Below, one piece after another: positions 39,199-52,449 of a stretch of DNA of 64,000 bases. Within the stretch, counting starts at the first letter, position 1; every line of letters begins with the position of its first letter. The notes beneath the pieces were generated by a model that did no database searches, had not been told where the DNA came from, and saw only the letters and a list, made by a program, of their open reading frames with translations. The position numbers were made by a program, and so were the translations under genes. The stretch comes from Octopus vulgaris (lineage: Eukaryota): contig OX597815.1 of NCBI GenBank assembly GCA_951406725.2, positions 152,520,001 through 152,584,000 on the forward strand. The letters run 5' to 3'.

Positions 39199-39630
39199 CA
39201 GAAACAATTCCTATCATAGTAGGTGCATTAGGCATGATAAAAAAATATTCAGACAAATACATAACAAAAACGCCAGGACTTAGAAACACATATAACATAC
39301 AGAAAATAGCACTACTAGGCACTGCACACATCCTATGCAGAACACTTTCAATACAGTAACCATCAGAGCATCACAACAAATCACAGCACATACCCAAGGC
39401 ACACAGAGCTGCATTCGGTAGTGAAGTGAAAGCACGCTATAAAAATAAAACTACTGAATAATAATAATAATGATAACAACAACAACTTCGAAAAATACCT
39501 TAGGAATGAGAACCCAGGTTCAAAATTTCCCCAAGACACCTGATGAAGGCTGGAGGGTATATCAGCCGAAACGTTGTGTTAAAACATCAAACAAGATGAG
39601 GACAAATATCCGTCAAATGTAAATAATGTA
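38525..39630. mobile_element. Inverted pair of tRNA-head / (AAT)n / Penelope-tail elements, each interrupted by an R4/Dong 3' fragment
   Basis: tRNA-like heads at 38986-39059(-) and 39087-39161(+) with A and B boxes. Tails at 38525-38712 and 39486-39630 are homologous to the Penelope tail at 4389-4540. Dong fragments: GTAHILRKILSM* and IIVGALG..LLGTAHILCRTL. Confidence 0.8.
39535..39580 (+). ncRNA. Minimal (dimer-type) hammerhead ribozyme motif
   Basis: gacac-CTGATGA-a-ggctg/cagcc-GAAA-cg-TT-gtgtt, with palindromic AACGTT at helix III. Copies on the minus strand at ~38606-38654 and ~4455-4500. Confidence 0.65.
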
Positions 39631-41686
39631 AGTTGGCATATGTATTTTAAATGCACTAAAGACCAAATTTCTACATATTTTTGGAGGGATATATATAGTT
39701 GATGGACTTGCTATTATGCTACTTTAACCCATATTAACCCACCGTCCTTATTTGTGAACAGTTGTATTTGGTTTATTTACTGCAATAAAGGTTAACTGGT
39801 CGCAAAATAGTGCTTGTTGTATTTATTTAACCATTGTATTTGGTTTATTTACTGCAATAGAGGTTAACTAGACACTTCCGTATGTTTGCTATCCCTATTT
39901 ATATAACTATCTTCAAAATTCTGACAGGGTTAACCTGGGTTAAAATGGGTTAATTGATCCCATACAAAATATCTGATATTTCTTCCAAGACTTAGTGTTT
40001 CCAAAGCAGTCGAAATTCACTTGAAAGTTGTTCATTTTCTTAGTGATTCTTTTTTAAACTCTCAATAATAACTCTTAATATGTTCTATAAAACAGTTCAC
40101 AAATACCAGTTTAGAACTGGGGTTGATGTAATCACTTTGCCTTCATCTCCCTCCCAAATTACTGGCCTTGTACCAAAATTTAAAATCAAAATGTTCTATA
40201 AAACAAAGCCAGAACAACTGCAATTATTAAATTTAATAATATGTTTAAGGAACTGGTAAAAATGTCTTTTCACGACTATCCACTCTATCTTCCTAAGAGC
40301 ATGTCCTTGATACACCTTCTAGTATATCTTAGAAATAATCCAAAGGAAACACTCAGTTTTTTTCTAGGCCCCATATTGGATGCTTGTGTGTGTGTGTGTG
40401 TGTGTGAATCTTAGGCCGTCTGGAGGAAAGTAGTTTTATCTGAAAAGTGGTAGCAGTCTTTGCATGTCAATTTTATGCTAAGGAACTTCTTGGAAAAACA
40501 ATATGGATAGACAACATTCTGTGGCAGTGAAGGATAGCAGAAAAGAAAACATCTTTACCAGCCGGAAGTATAGAATTTCAAACTTGCATGTAGGTAGCTT
40601 AGCATATTGGTTGCTTGTTTCCACAATTATGTCAGTCCAAAAAATCAGCAGCACCTCAATTGACTGAGCAGCCTTTTCTAGGGGGCAGTACTGTTCACCG
40701 CTTAATCAAAACTATGTAGAAAGGATCAACTTAACAAAACTTGCCTAATTCAAGAACTGCGCAACAACCCTGCAGTTGTTCTTTCTTAGGCTTCCACAGT
40801 AACATACAAGAAATTTACAACTTTGCAAATGGCCATACTCAAACACAAATTGACGTTTTATACAAAATTTCACATGTGTGCCTCTGTGCGTGCTTTAGCG
40901 TAGTTGTGAATTAATAGGTATGTAAGGTGGTGAGCGAGCAGAATCGTTAGCACACCGGACAAAATGCTTAGCTGTATTTTGTCTGCCTTCATGTTCTGAG
41001 TTCAAATTCCGCTGAGAATTAGCCTATATATACATACATACATACATATCATCATCACCATCATCATTATCATTTAACGTCTGAGTTCCATGCTAGCATG
41101 GATAGGATGGTACCACAAGAGCCGGCCAGGCTGAAACCTGCACCGGACTTCTGTGCTTCTGTGACAGGAGTTTTACAGCGGGATGCCCTTCCGAACACCA
41201 ACCACATTACAGTGTGGACTAGGTGCTTTTAAGTGGCGCCTGTACTGACAGGGTCACCAACTATTTGCCAGGCAAAAACTTTTAAGAGGGAAGGAGGCAT
41301 TGGAGGAGGTGATGAGGAAAAGATTATAATGAGACAGATACAGGTGTCTTGCTGAAAAGGAAGTATGAGTTTACCTGGTCAGAGAGAGAAAGATCAGGGA
41401 TGAAGACAGAAACAGGTTTACTACCACAAAGAAAATATACGCAAAGGTGTACTACCACAAAGAAAAGACTTAGCCTTTCATCCCTTTGGGGGTCGATAAT
41501 TTAAGTACCAGTTGCATACTGGGATCAATCTAATTGACTGTCCCCCTACCACAAAATTTCAGGTCATGTGCCTCGAGTAGAAATGAATAGGTATGTATGT
41601 GTATTTACTTTACTTAGCTGTACATACATTCACACATTTGTATGTATATAGTGACATACAGAGAGCGTATATATATATATATATTT

Positions 41687-41774
<88 letters not shown>

Positions 41775-41775
<1 letters not shown>

Positions 41776-42196
41776 ACGTGTTGAGGCAAGTGAGGATCAG
41801 AATCGAAATCGATCAATGGAAATCGATCAATGGAAATTGCAGATGTGTTACCAGTGCCGGTGGCATGTAAGAGAACCTTCCGTTTCGCGACCGTTGCCAG
41901 CACCGCCCCGTTTCGTGTTCGTTGCCAGCCTCGCCTGGCCCTCGTGCCGGTGGCACATAAAAAACACCATCCGTTCGTGGCCGTTTGCCAGCTCTGGCTG
42001 GCACCAGTGCGGGTGGCACGTAAAAAGCACCCACTACACTCACGGAGTGGTTGGCGTTAGGAAGGGCATCCAGCCGTAGAAACACTGCCAGATTTGACTG
42101 GGCCTGATGAAGCCTTCTGGCTTCACAGACCCCAGCAGAACCGTCCAACCCATGCTAGCATGGAAAACGGACGCTAAATGATGATGATGATGATGA

Positions 42197-42200
<4 letters not shown>
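41775..42200 (+). mobile_element. RTE 3'UTR copy in (TA)n
   Basis: Near-identical to the reverse complement of 6885-7300, with a (GAT)n tail. Confidence 0.85.
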
Positions 42201-42263
<63 letters not shown>

Positions 42264-43869
42264 ATTTGTTCAAACATATGAATACATTCAGACTTAAGCA
42301 TAGAGTGGACTGCACAAAGCGAATGACAACCATCGCCATTTACTTTCAAGGTGAAACTAAAATACTCACTGGATCTGAGATTTGTTTTGACTAATAAAAA
42401 AACACTGTTCTGAATCCATTTTGTTTTTAATCGAAGGTTTTATGTTAAAAGAGAGCTCCTAATTTTTCTCTGTCAAACCAAGACAGGCTCTTATTACAGC
42501 TAAATGTACAATGTGTACACTTTCTTAGGTTTATTACAATTAATGCATATTTATTACAGCTAATACGAGCACGCGCGCACGCACACACACACACACGTAA
42601 TAATGAAGTCAAACCAAATAACGATATTTTGAAATCATATAATACTTACGTTTCAGGTTTGGGTAATATGAAATGGGAAATACATCCATTACATAAACCT
42701 TCCTCGGTTGAAACAGTTATGGGCAACCGTGTATTTTCTTTGCGGTAGCACACCTGTTTCTCTCTTCATCCCCGTTCTTTCTCTCTCCAGCTGGGTAAAC
42801 TTATACTTCCTCTTCAGCAAGATACCTGTATCTGACTCACTATAACTTTTTCCTCATCACCTCCTCCAATGCCACCTCCCCTCTTAAAAGTTTTTGCCTG
42901 GCAAGTACTTGGTGACCCTGTCAGTACAGGTGCCACTTAAAAGCACCTAGTCCACACTGTAATGTGGTTGGTGTTCGGAAGGGCATCCAGCTGTAAAAAA
43001 CCTTGCCAAAACTGACAAATAATTTACTAGGCGAATTTTTCATCAGTGACCATGCCATAATACTAACATATAATTTAGAGACGATCAACGTGAGTCTCTT
43101 CGTTATACACTATAATTCTTCAAATTCACTGCGCAAGTGCAGTTTCATTCTGCAGTCAATGAGTAACTGCCGAATTAATCTTTCAAAAAATTGCTAAAAA
43201 CATATATGTAAAATATATAAGGTAGTGAGTTTGTTTAGAAATTTCACTATAAGTGGCCTCTCAGGTATAAAAAGTCAATAGACAACATATTCTCAATATA
43301 AAATAGTGTACATTTAAAACACAAGAGAAAACTGCCTTCAACAGGCTTTGCTCGAAACGTAAAACACCCTTTCTTTCCTTCCCTGAGCGTCTTATTAATA
43401 CTTTGCATGTACCATGTCCTTGCATTGTTGTTTTTTTGTGTTGTCCTTTTTTTCTGTTTTTTTTTTAACTATTTACTGCACATCACACATCCCCATCACC
43501 ACCACCATCCTTCCGACTGGCTTTGGAGTACCTAATTCATGGAATTGTTTGGAGTACGCTATTTCTGCATCTTGATTGCAGATGTGTATGTGTGTGTGTG
43601 TGTATGTGTATGTGTGTGTGTGTGTGTATGCATATATGTATGCATATATGTATATATATATATATGTATGCATATATGCATGATGTATGTATATACATAA
43701 ATATATATATATATATGTGTGTGTGTATATACACGTGTGTGTGAGTCTCTCTTTGTGTGAGTGTGTATGTTTTTATGTATGTGTGTGTGAACAAACTAAT
43801 ATACGACTTGTCACATTTGGCTGGAGTTACATGTATTTAATAACAGTTATATCTATCCATCTATTGCAG

Positions 43870-43922
43870 CTGGAACATGAGTTTTTAAGCATGACGGGTG
43901 TATTCAAAGTTGAATATTGTGG
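43870..43922 (+). CDS. Host gene coding exon 6: middle of SEA-like domain
   Basis: tatccatctattgcag| ... |gtaagc, 53 nt, phase 0->2. LEHEFLSMTGVFKVEYC(G). Confidence 0.8.
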
Positions 43923-44133
43923 GTAAGCACAAACGTTTCCATTTATACACATCTTTTGTAAAAGTAAAAATAAATTTTGCTAATATTTTCCTACACTCTC
44001 GGAGTGGTTGGCGTTAGGAAGGGCATCCAGCTGTAGAAACACTGCCAGATCTGACTGGACTGGTGCAGCTTTCGGGCTCCCCAGACCCCAGTTGAACCGT
44101 CCAACCCATGCTAGCATGGAAAGCGGACGTTAA

Positions 44134-44164
<31 letters not shown>

Positions 44165-44279
44165 ATTTAAAAGTCACTGAAACACCTGAAGATGTTATAA
44201 GTAAAACATACAACAATCCTTTTTTTTTGACATGTGACATATCTATAAAAAATGTGTACGTTTTTGTTTTACTTACAAA

Positions 44280-44792
44280 ATGGGTGAGTGAGTGAGTGAG
44301 TTAGTGTGTGTGTGAGTGAACAAGTGAGTGAGTGAATGAGTGGGTGTGTGAGTAAGTGAGTGGGTGAGTGAGTGAATGAATGAGTGAGTGAATGTGTGAG
44401 TGAGTGAGTGAGTAAATGAATGAGTAGGTGAGTGAATGAGTGAGTAAGTGAATGGGTGAATGCGTGAGTGAGTTAATGAATGAGTGGCTGAGTGAGTGAA
44501 TGAATTAGTGGGTGACTGAGTGAGTGATGAATGAATAAATGGGTGAGTAGTGAATGAATGTGTGAATGAGTGGGTGACTGAGTGAGTGACTGAATGAGTA
44601 AATGGGCCAATGAGTGAGTGAATGAGTGGGTGAGTGTGTGAGTGAATGAGAGAGTGAGTGAGTAAATGAGTGAGTGGGTGAATGAATGAATGTGTGAGTG
44701 AGTGGGTGAATGAGTCAGTGAGTGAATGAATGAGTGGGTGAGTGACTGAGTGAGTGAGTGAATGAGTGAGTGACTGAGTGAGTGAGAGTGAG
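44280..44792. repeat. Degenerate (TGAG/TGAA)n tetranucleotide array
   Basis: Direct reading; source of the HSLT ORF. Confidence 0.93.
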
Positions 44793-45164
44793 AGCATGCA
44801 GTCTAGCTGTTCTAGTATTAGTTGGACAATCATAGATTGTAGGATCTATCCCCAGATGGGGCAGCTTGTTGTGCCCTTCCACAGGACATATCATTTTACA
44901 TTGTTCCAGTTAACTCAGATTAAGGTAATTACCAGCTTTGTACAGCGACAGCCAACTCTCCCGCTGGCTGTTACATCTAGAGGTTCCTTTGGATTATGGG
45001 TGGAAATGCGATAGAGTGCCAATGTCTGTTCACAATGACAGAGACATCTGAAACAATGGGCATCTACTTGATACATGCTTCTAAATTGTAGCCCTCTTGT
45101 GAGTGATGGCTATATATAATAGCATATATATGCTTGTGAATATGCGTATCTGTGCTTGTTTATC

Positions 45165-46240
45165 TATAGATATATAGATAGATAGATAGATAGATAGATA
45201 GACAGACAGGCAGATAGATAAATAGATAAATAGATAGACAGATAAATAGATAGCTAGATAGAGAGATAGATATATAGATAGATAAATAAATAAATAGATA
45301 GATTGATAGATGATATATAGATAGTTAGATAAATAAATAGATTGATAGATAGATAGGTTGACAGATAGATAAATAAATAGATAGATAGATTGACAGATAT
45401 GTTTCTTTATTAGCCACACAGGGCTGCACACAGACGGGACAAATTACAAGGTAGAGCTTTTCTTTTTGGGGAAAAAAAAAAGGGGGTTTGGTTTTCGATC
45501 AAAAGGGATTGTAAAAGGAAAGAAAGAGGAAAGCAAAAAAAAGGCGGGGATAAAAATAAAAGGAAAAAGAAAAAAATCGATCAATAGGGAACGTTATCAC
45601 AGAAATGTCAATATAAAGTGTAAAGGGGAGAACAGGTGAGGTTTACCCGTGGAAAATAAAGCCTACAGAAAAGACCACATTAACCTTGGGCAATGAAGTC
45701 ACATGTTATATTTTTTTTTACAAAACTTGCCTCTCTACTCTCACTTTCCTTTTCAAGTGATACTTGAAGAAGTTGATGAGAGATTGACCAGAGAGGAAAG
45801 TGTTTGTCTCTAATCCTTTCAGGCGTGTCCACCAGATACATTCTTTCGCCATAGCCACAAGTATGATAAAAATAGCTCTTTATTCCCGTTTGAAGGAAGG
45901 AGGCGTGATGATATTAACGATAGACTCGGCTGATAAACCAACACGTCCCACACGTGACAGCAGTCGTTCGACATAAGCCCACAGGTCGGAGATTGTTGGA
46001 CACTGCACGATTGCGTGCAGAATGGTTTCATCGCTCTGCCCGCATCTCGGGCAGGTTGGCCCCGTGTTTCTCGAGCCATGCCTATAGAGCTTATCCTGAA
46101 TGGGTAGCGCTTCTCGGTAGCACTGCCAGGCCAGGGATCTCTGGAAGTTGTCCATAGGTCCCGGCCCGAAAGTCGTCTCAAACAGGCGGGTCGGGTATTC
46201 CTCGTTGATACCCAGGTTGACCCCAAGATCGTTGTCGTTA
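45165..46240 (-). mobile_element. 5'-truncated L1/Tx1 copy with long (TCTA)n tail
   Basis: CPRCGQSDETILHAIVQC zinc knuckle; small deletion near 45720; 5' end abuts the GATA tail of the next copy. Confidence 0.88.
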
Positions 46241-46247
46241 GATTGAC

Positions 46248-46310
<63 letters not shown>

Positions 46311-49300
46311 GAGATAAATAAATAGATAGACAGATAGATAGACATGTTTCTTTATTAGCCACACAGGGCTGCACACAGACAGGACAAATTACAAGGTAGA
46401 GCTTTTCTTTTGGGGGTAAAAAAAGGGGGTTTGGTTTTCGATCAAAAGAGATCGTAAAGGGAAAGAAAGAGGACAAAAAAGGGGGGAATAAAATTTTTAA
46501 AAAGAAGGGGGGGAAGGGGAAAGGAAAAAAAATTGATCAATAGGGATCGTTATCACAGAAATGTCAATATGAAGTGTACAGGGGAGGACAGGTGAGGTTT
46601 ACCCGTGGAAAGAAAAGCCTACGGAAAAGACCACGGTAACCTCGGTCAATGAAGTCGCATGTTATATTTCTTTTTTTTTTTTGCAAATAAGTAACTCTCT
46701 ATATTAATTTTTACGGTTCATAGAATCATAGTCAAGGTGGCTTCGTCATTCATACGTGCCATCCTTGCTACATTCACCCATCTTTTTTAAAACATTCACT
46801 AGACAAAACTTGCCTCTCTACTCTCACTTTCCTCTTCAAGTGATACTTGAAGAAGTTGATGAGAGATTTACCAGAGAGGAAAGTGTTTGTCTCTAATCCT
46901 TTCAGGCGCGTCCACCAGATACATTCTTTCGCCATGCCTATAGAGCTTATCCCGAACGGGTAGCGCTTCTCGGTAGCACCGCCAGGCCAGGGATCTCTGG
47001 AGGTTGTCCATAGGTCCCGGCCCGAAAGTCGTTTCAAACATGTATGTGTTCGCCACCTCTGCCCGACCTTTTAGGGACAGTTTCCTCTTGGCCCATTGCC
47101 GGACGAGAGTGACCAACCTACTCGTTATCTCGTTCCAGTTCTTCTCCATTTGGAGGTCCGGACCGAACCAGACCCCGAGCAACTCAACCGGGCCGTCCGT
47201 CCAGCGTCCCACGATAGAGGTACTGGTGGAAGGCATGGGCTTGCGTCTCCAGGTGCCGAGCCGCAAGTCCACTGACTTTTCCCGGTTGATTTTTGCTCCT
47301 GTCACCGCTTCGTAGTCTTTCAGTGTCTTGCCGATCAGCTCGATGTGCTCGTGGCTTGACACTGTGACGGTGACGTCGTCCGTGTATGCAGACACGCTCG
47401 TCCCACATCCCAATTCTCGAGGGATGCCCCTCAGAGTCGCCAGCTTCCGCAGTAGTGGCTCAAGAGTCAATACGTATAGAAGCCCCGAGAGGGAGCATCC
47501 CTGACTGACCGAACGTGTAATGTCGAAAGGTCTCGATAGATGTCCATTTACGCGAATTACCGAACGGATGCCTCTGTACAAGGCAGCTATCCAGCCACGG
47601 AAGACGGGACCGAAACCAGCCGCTCTCAGGACTGCCTCCAAGTATCGATGGTCTACCCTATCGAAGGCTTTCAATTGATCCAAGTTGATCAGGGCCCCAC
47701 CCATGCCAGGTTCCTTAACTACTCTGTCTATGATGTAGCGCATCAGATGGAGGTTGTCATGTTTGGATCTTTCTTCAGCAGCGTTACGGCTCCTCGACTC
47801 ACAAAACCGAGTATGCTCCCATTTTGCTGTCAGTTGCAGTATACTGCTGCCAAGACGTCTCCAAACAAGTCTGGCATACAATTGTAAAATTCGTCGAGCA
47901 GACCATCCAAACCCGGCGATTTGTCCCTCGAGCATTCTGCCATCGCGTCCCGCACATCCGCCGCCGTGATGGCACCTTCGCAGCACTCTGCCTCTCTTGC
48001 CGAGAGTCGTGGTAGGCTGTGCAGGTAAGCACTGAAGTCCACCCTGCGTTCACGCTCGCCACTCGTCCCGTACAGTCGGGCAAAGTGCTGCTGAAATGTC
48101 TCACACATCTTGCTGGGCTCGAGCAATTCGCGCCCTTGTTCATCTACCAGAGACCGAATGGGCTTTGTTGCTCTGCTGCGCCTCCGCCACCCGGGCCTCC
48201 CTCGCGGCTCCAACACCTTCCATCCTTAGAGCACGCATCCTAGCCCTGACAGCACACCCTTCGTGTTTGGCGTTGAATGTTGGTCAAGTGCCAACCTCGC
48301 CGCTAAAACGTCGGATGTGATGCCGCTTCTTATTGCCTCTTCTAACTTCTTAACTAACTCACCCTCCACTCTATTTCTATCTACGGCTGGTGCCTTGCTA
48401 TATCTAATTGCTTCCGCTTTTACTGCTCTCTTGAGGGCGAACCACCATTTGTTGTTGACAATGGCTCCCGTTAAAGCCCTTTTTACTAACGTGTTGATTC
48501 TGTCTCTGAAAACCTGTCTGGATGGGAAAGATGCGTTCAGTTTCCAGTAACCAGGACCCTGTCTATGTGCCTTATCTAAGTCTAGCGTACACGTCACGAA
48601 TTTGTGATCCGTGTAGCTGACTGTGTGGAATTGTGGACATCCTATGTTATTCCTGTCTACTGTCCTACACAGTATCCTATCTAGATACGATCTCGACGAC
48701 CCACTGCGGTTGCTCCATGTCCACGTTGGTGCATTTGGGTTGTCGAGTCGGTACCTGTCAGACAGTTGGAATTGTCTGAGCAGGTCTCTGAGGCATTTGC
48801 ATCCCCTTCTGTTTTTGTCTCTCCCCACATAGTCTAGATGCGTGTCTAAGGTAGCATTCCAATCCCCTACTAAAAGTAAAGGACCAGACGTTCCCAAGAA
48901 TACTTCTAGACGTCGAAAGAAATATGGCCGAACTGTTAAAGGCGGTGCGTAGACTGATACGAGTCGAAAAGCGCACCCATTGCTGCCGTTGACATCCAGA
49001 ACGACCAGTCTACCCTCCGGGTCTACGAATATCGTCTTGACTTCGAGATCCAGGCTCTTGTGAAAAAGTACCGCGGTGCCACTACCGCCCATCCTCGGCA
49101 GACAGGGAGCAAAATAAATGTTAAACTGTCCGCCAAACATGGACTTTAGGGAACGTGGCTCGTGGAGTCTGGTCTCACTTATGGCTATGATTCCCAAATC
49201 GTGTGACTTGATGTCATTTAGGAGGTATCCTTGTTTCCAAGGAGACCCCAAGCCACGCGCATTCACACAACCAATCTTGACCATGATTCTATTGGGGTGT

Positions 49301-51732
49301 GTGCTTTAAAACACAAAAAGGAAGGTACAGAGAGTTACTTACTTGTGTCGAAAGTTTTGGCTTCCTCGTCCTTTGATGTGTCTTGGAGGAGGTTTTTATA
49401 GAGTTTTTGTGAAAGGTATTTTTGGAACCCCCCAACCGCATTTGGAAAGAGGGCTTTGAGTGTGTGGTGTTGTGTTTGTGTGATGTGTAGTATTTTGATG
49501 TGATTGAGTGGTGTAGTGCGTGGATGGTTGTTAGTTTTGAAGTCATCTTCACAGATGTTTGTGTGGGCTGTGATGTACTCCATTAGTTTGGAGTCTTTGG
49601 TGTCTATCGCTGATAGCATTGTGTGTGTTTTTGTGGTGTTGGTGCTTGTTTGGTTGTGTGTGGAGCTTTCAGGGTTCAGGTATCTCCCTGCTTTGGTTGC
49701 GTTTTCTTGTTTGTTTTTTTTTAATCTTTTTCTTTTACCTCCGGTGGCTATTTGCCATTCTGTCGAACTTTCGTCGTCCGACAAATAAGAAGGGGGTAAA
49801 GGCAAAGCATTTGCGTTAATATGTATGTTTGTAGAAATTGTTGATGTTTTGTGCGGTGTTTGTGTTGTTGGGGTGTTAGGGGTAGAATTTGTCTTCTCGT
49901 CACTGTTTTGTTTTTTTGTTGTCGTCCTTGGTGCTGGCGTTGGTCTATATTTTGGTGTTGTTTCAGTATGTTGAATTGGTTGCGACGTCAACGGTGATTG
50001 TGTTGGTGCTGTTTCTTTTCTTGGTGATGTTGTTGGGGTTTGTTTGCTGGTTTGTTATTTTTCTTGGCATTGTTCCATCATTGAGTGTGGTGTTGGTGTT
50101 GGTGTTGGCAACAAAGGTTTTTTGTTTGTTTTCTGATTTGTTCTTTCTTGTTTTCTCTGTGCCAGAACGCACTTGGCAATTAAATGTTCTGGGCTCCCAC
50201 AGTTGTAGCATCTAGGCTTTTTGCCTTCTGCTACAACATATAGGCTTTGCCCATTTTCTAAGTGGATCCTATCAAGTAGGTTCTCGATAGAGGCCCCCTC
50301 AATCTGGATGGTCACTACTATTGTTTTTCCACCCCAATTGTCGTTTAGGTATACAGCAGTCTCTAAAATATTTATAGTTTTCAAATGTTATCCATTTGTT
50401 AGGAATCTCGGGGGGTACATTTTTAATAGTAATTCTACTCACTCTCTGGCCTTTGTAGTATGGTACCATGATGATTTAATCATTTTCCAAAGACTCGGTA
50501 GAGTGAGCTTTTGCCACTTCCTGGTTAGGGAAGCGGACCACCACTGTATTAAGCTGGGGACCCCAGTTTATATATTCTTTTACTTTCATTATGCTTTTTG
50601 CACACTTTTCAATGTCCGTTTTTGTGATCTGTTCATTTTGTTTTTTGATTTTTTAAATAATTTTATATATAATTGTTTGGTTTTCTATTTGTTCCTTTAT
50701 GTGTTGAGGTGTATGCAATACTAAATCATGCCCTTGGGTTGTGAAGAGCGATCTTGTCTCTATCAACTCTTCATTCGTGAACTGTATAATTTCTTTTTTC
50801 TGACGCAGAGTGTCAGCGAAATTTACTTTTATATTCTGGCAGTTGTTGTCGTTGTGTGTTTGTGTTGTTGTTGTATCCGAAATATTCTTGGACGTGGCTT
50901 TTCCAGATACTGTTGAATCTGTTATGATAATATCTTCACCATTTGATGGTAAAATATTTATTTCATTTTTGTTGTTGTTCTTGTTGTTGTTGTCTTTGTT
51001 AATTGTATTTGCGTTATTTTCATTTTTATCATTTATGTTGGTGGTGGTGGTGGTGGTGGTGGTGGTGGAGGTGGTGGTTGTGGGTATATTAGGTGTATGG
51101 TTGCTGATTATGCAATTAGCAAGGGGTGGAAAATTTGCTGCATAATTTGCCCCTGCGTTTGAGCAAATTTCGGCAATTTCTTTCTCTCCTTCACTTGTTG
51201 GTGGTGGAGGGAACAATGGCTGAAGGGAATTGTTGTTGTTGTTGTTGTTATTGTCGTTCTTGGTGGCGGCGGTGGTGTTAGTAGCAAAGGAGGCAGTCAT
51301 AGTAGCAGATATTGTAGTGGCGGCATTCGTATTGACGGCACGGTCTTTGGTGGCGGCGATCTTGGTGTTGTTATTGTTGTTGTTAGCAGAGGTAGCAGTT
51401 GTGGTAGCAGAAGCTGCCATGGTGGTGGTGTCGGTGTTGATGGTGGAATCATTGGTGGCAGTGACGGTGCTTGGCCTTGCGGTCTTTGTTTTGTAGTTGT
51501 TGCTGTTGTCGATGCTGATGGTGGTGGTGGTGGTGGCGTATGTAGCGTTCAAACAGCCAAGTTCAGCGCGTGTTGACAGGGAATCTTGTTTTTTTGTTTT
51601 GGCGTCACGCTTCAGTTGCGCCTCAGCCTCTTGGTGACCAATAGCCATTTTTGAAAATAAAAATGGCTAAAATACAACACGAGGCCTACGAGAATTTTTA
51701 AAATTTTGCCCACAAAGGGCGAAATTTTGTGT
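46241..51732 (-). mobile_element. Full-span L1/Tx1 LINE (ORF1 + ORF2), internally deleted and frameshifted
   Basis: ORF1 from 51648 (Thr/Asn-rich; CYNCGSPEHLIAKC knuckle). ORF2 from 49284 (NARGL, SET, GDWN, YLDRI, TDH, GPGYWKLN, KSPGLDG, KAFDRVDH, QGCSLS, AYTDD). (TCTA)n tail. Confidence 0.93.
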
Positions 51733-52407
51733 AGATATTAGTCAAGGTTTGCAGTGGATGTTGTTGCACAACTTTTAAACACAAAATATGGATCTTTTCT
51801 ATTCTGAAGCCAGTTTTTTCAAATTTTTCCTACTGAACCAAACAATTTGAAACTTCGTATACTGGTAGAATGTGTCAAAAGTAAACTTAATTGTAAACCA
51901 GAATGAAAACGGAATTGTAACTTCTAAGTTTAACGTTGTTTAATAATTAGAATTTTAACCAATGATATTCCGTCATTCGGCTTTATTTTATTTACTCCGT
52001 CTCGACCACCAATTTCGTGACGTATTAAACATCTTAAATGTAAACAAGCTATAGTCAGCCACCTTCTAATAACAAAAGTTTGTCTTTGAAGTTACCGTCT
52101 AGGGGAAGCATTGATGTACATGTGTGTGTGTGTGTGTTTGATGGGGTGTGGGAGACAGTATGTTGTGTAAGTGAAGTGCTTCTGTTAGTGTGTGTGAAGA
52201 GACAGAGAGAGTAATGTGTGAAAGAGAGAGATAACTGAAATTTTTTACTCGGTGTATGTGTATATGCCTGAATGTATGTGTGTATGTATCTGTATGTATG
52301 TATGTATGTATGGCCGATTCAATGTAATTTTTTACACATACACACACACACACACACACACATACATACACACACACATGCAGACATATATATACACATA
52401 CACCGAG

Positions 52408-52449
<42 letters not shown>

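Noticed and set aside
44273-44833. 186-aa His/Ser/Leu/Thr-rich ORF
   Set aside because: Translation of a (TGAG)n tetranucleotide array; no splice or start support.
50653-51648. Thr/Asn-rich 331-aa mucin-like host protein
   Set aside because: Lies directly upstream of, and co-oriented with, the zinc-knuckle and ORF2 regions; it is L1/Tx1 ORF1.
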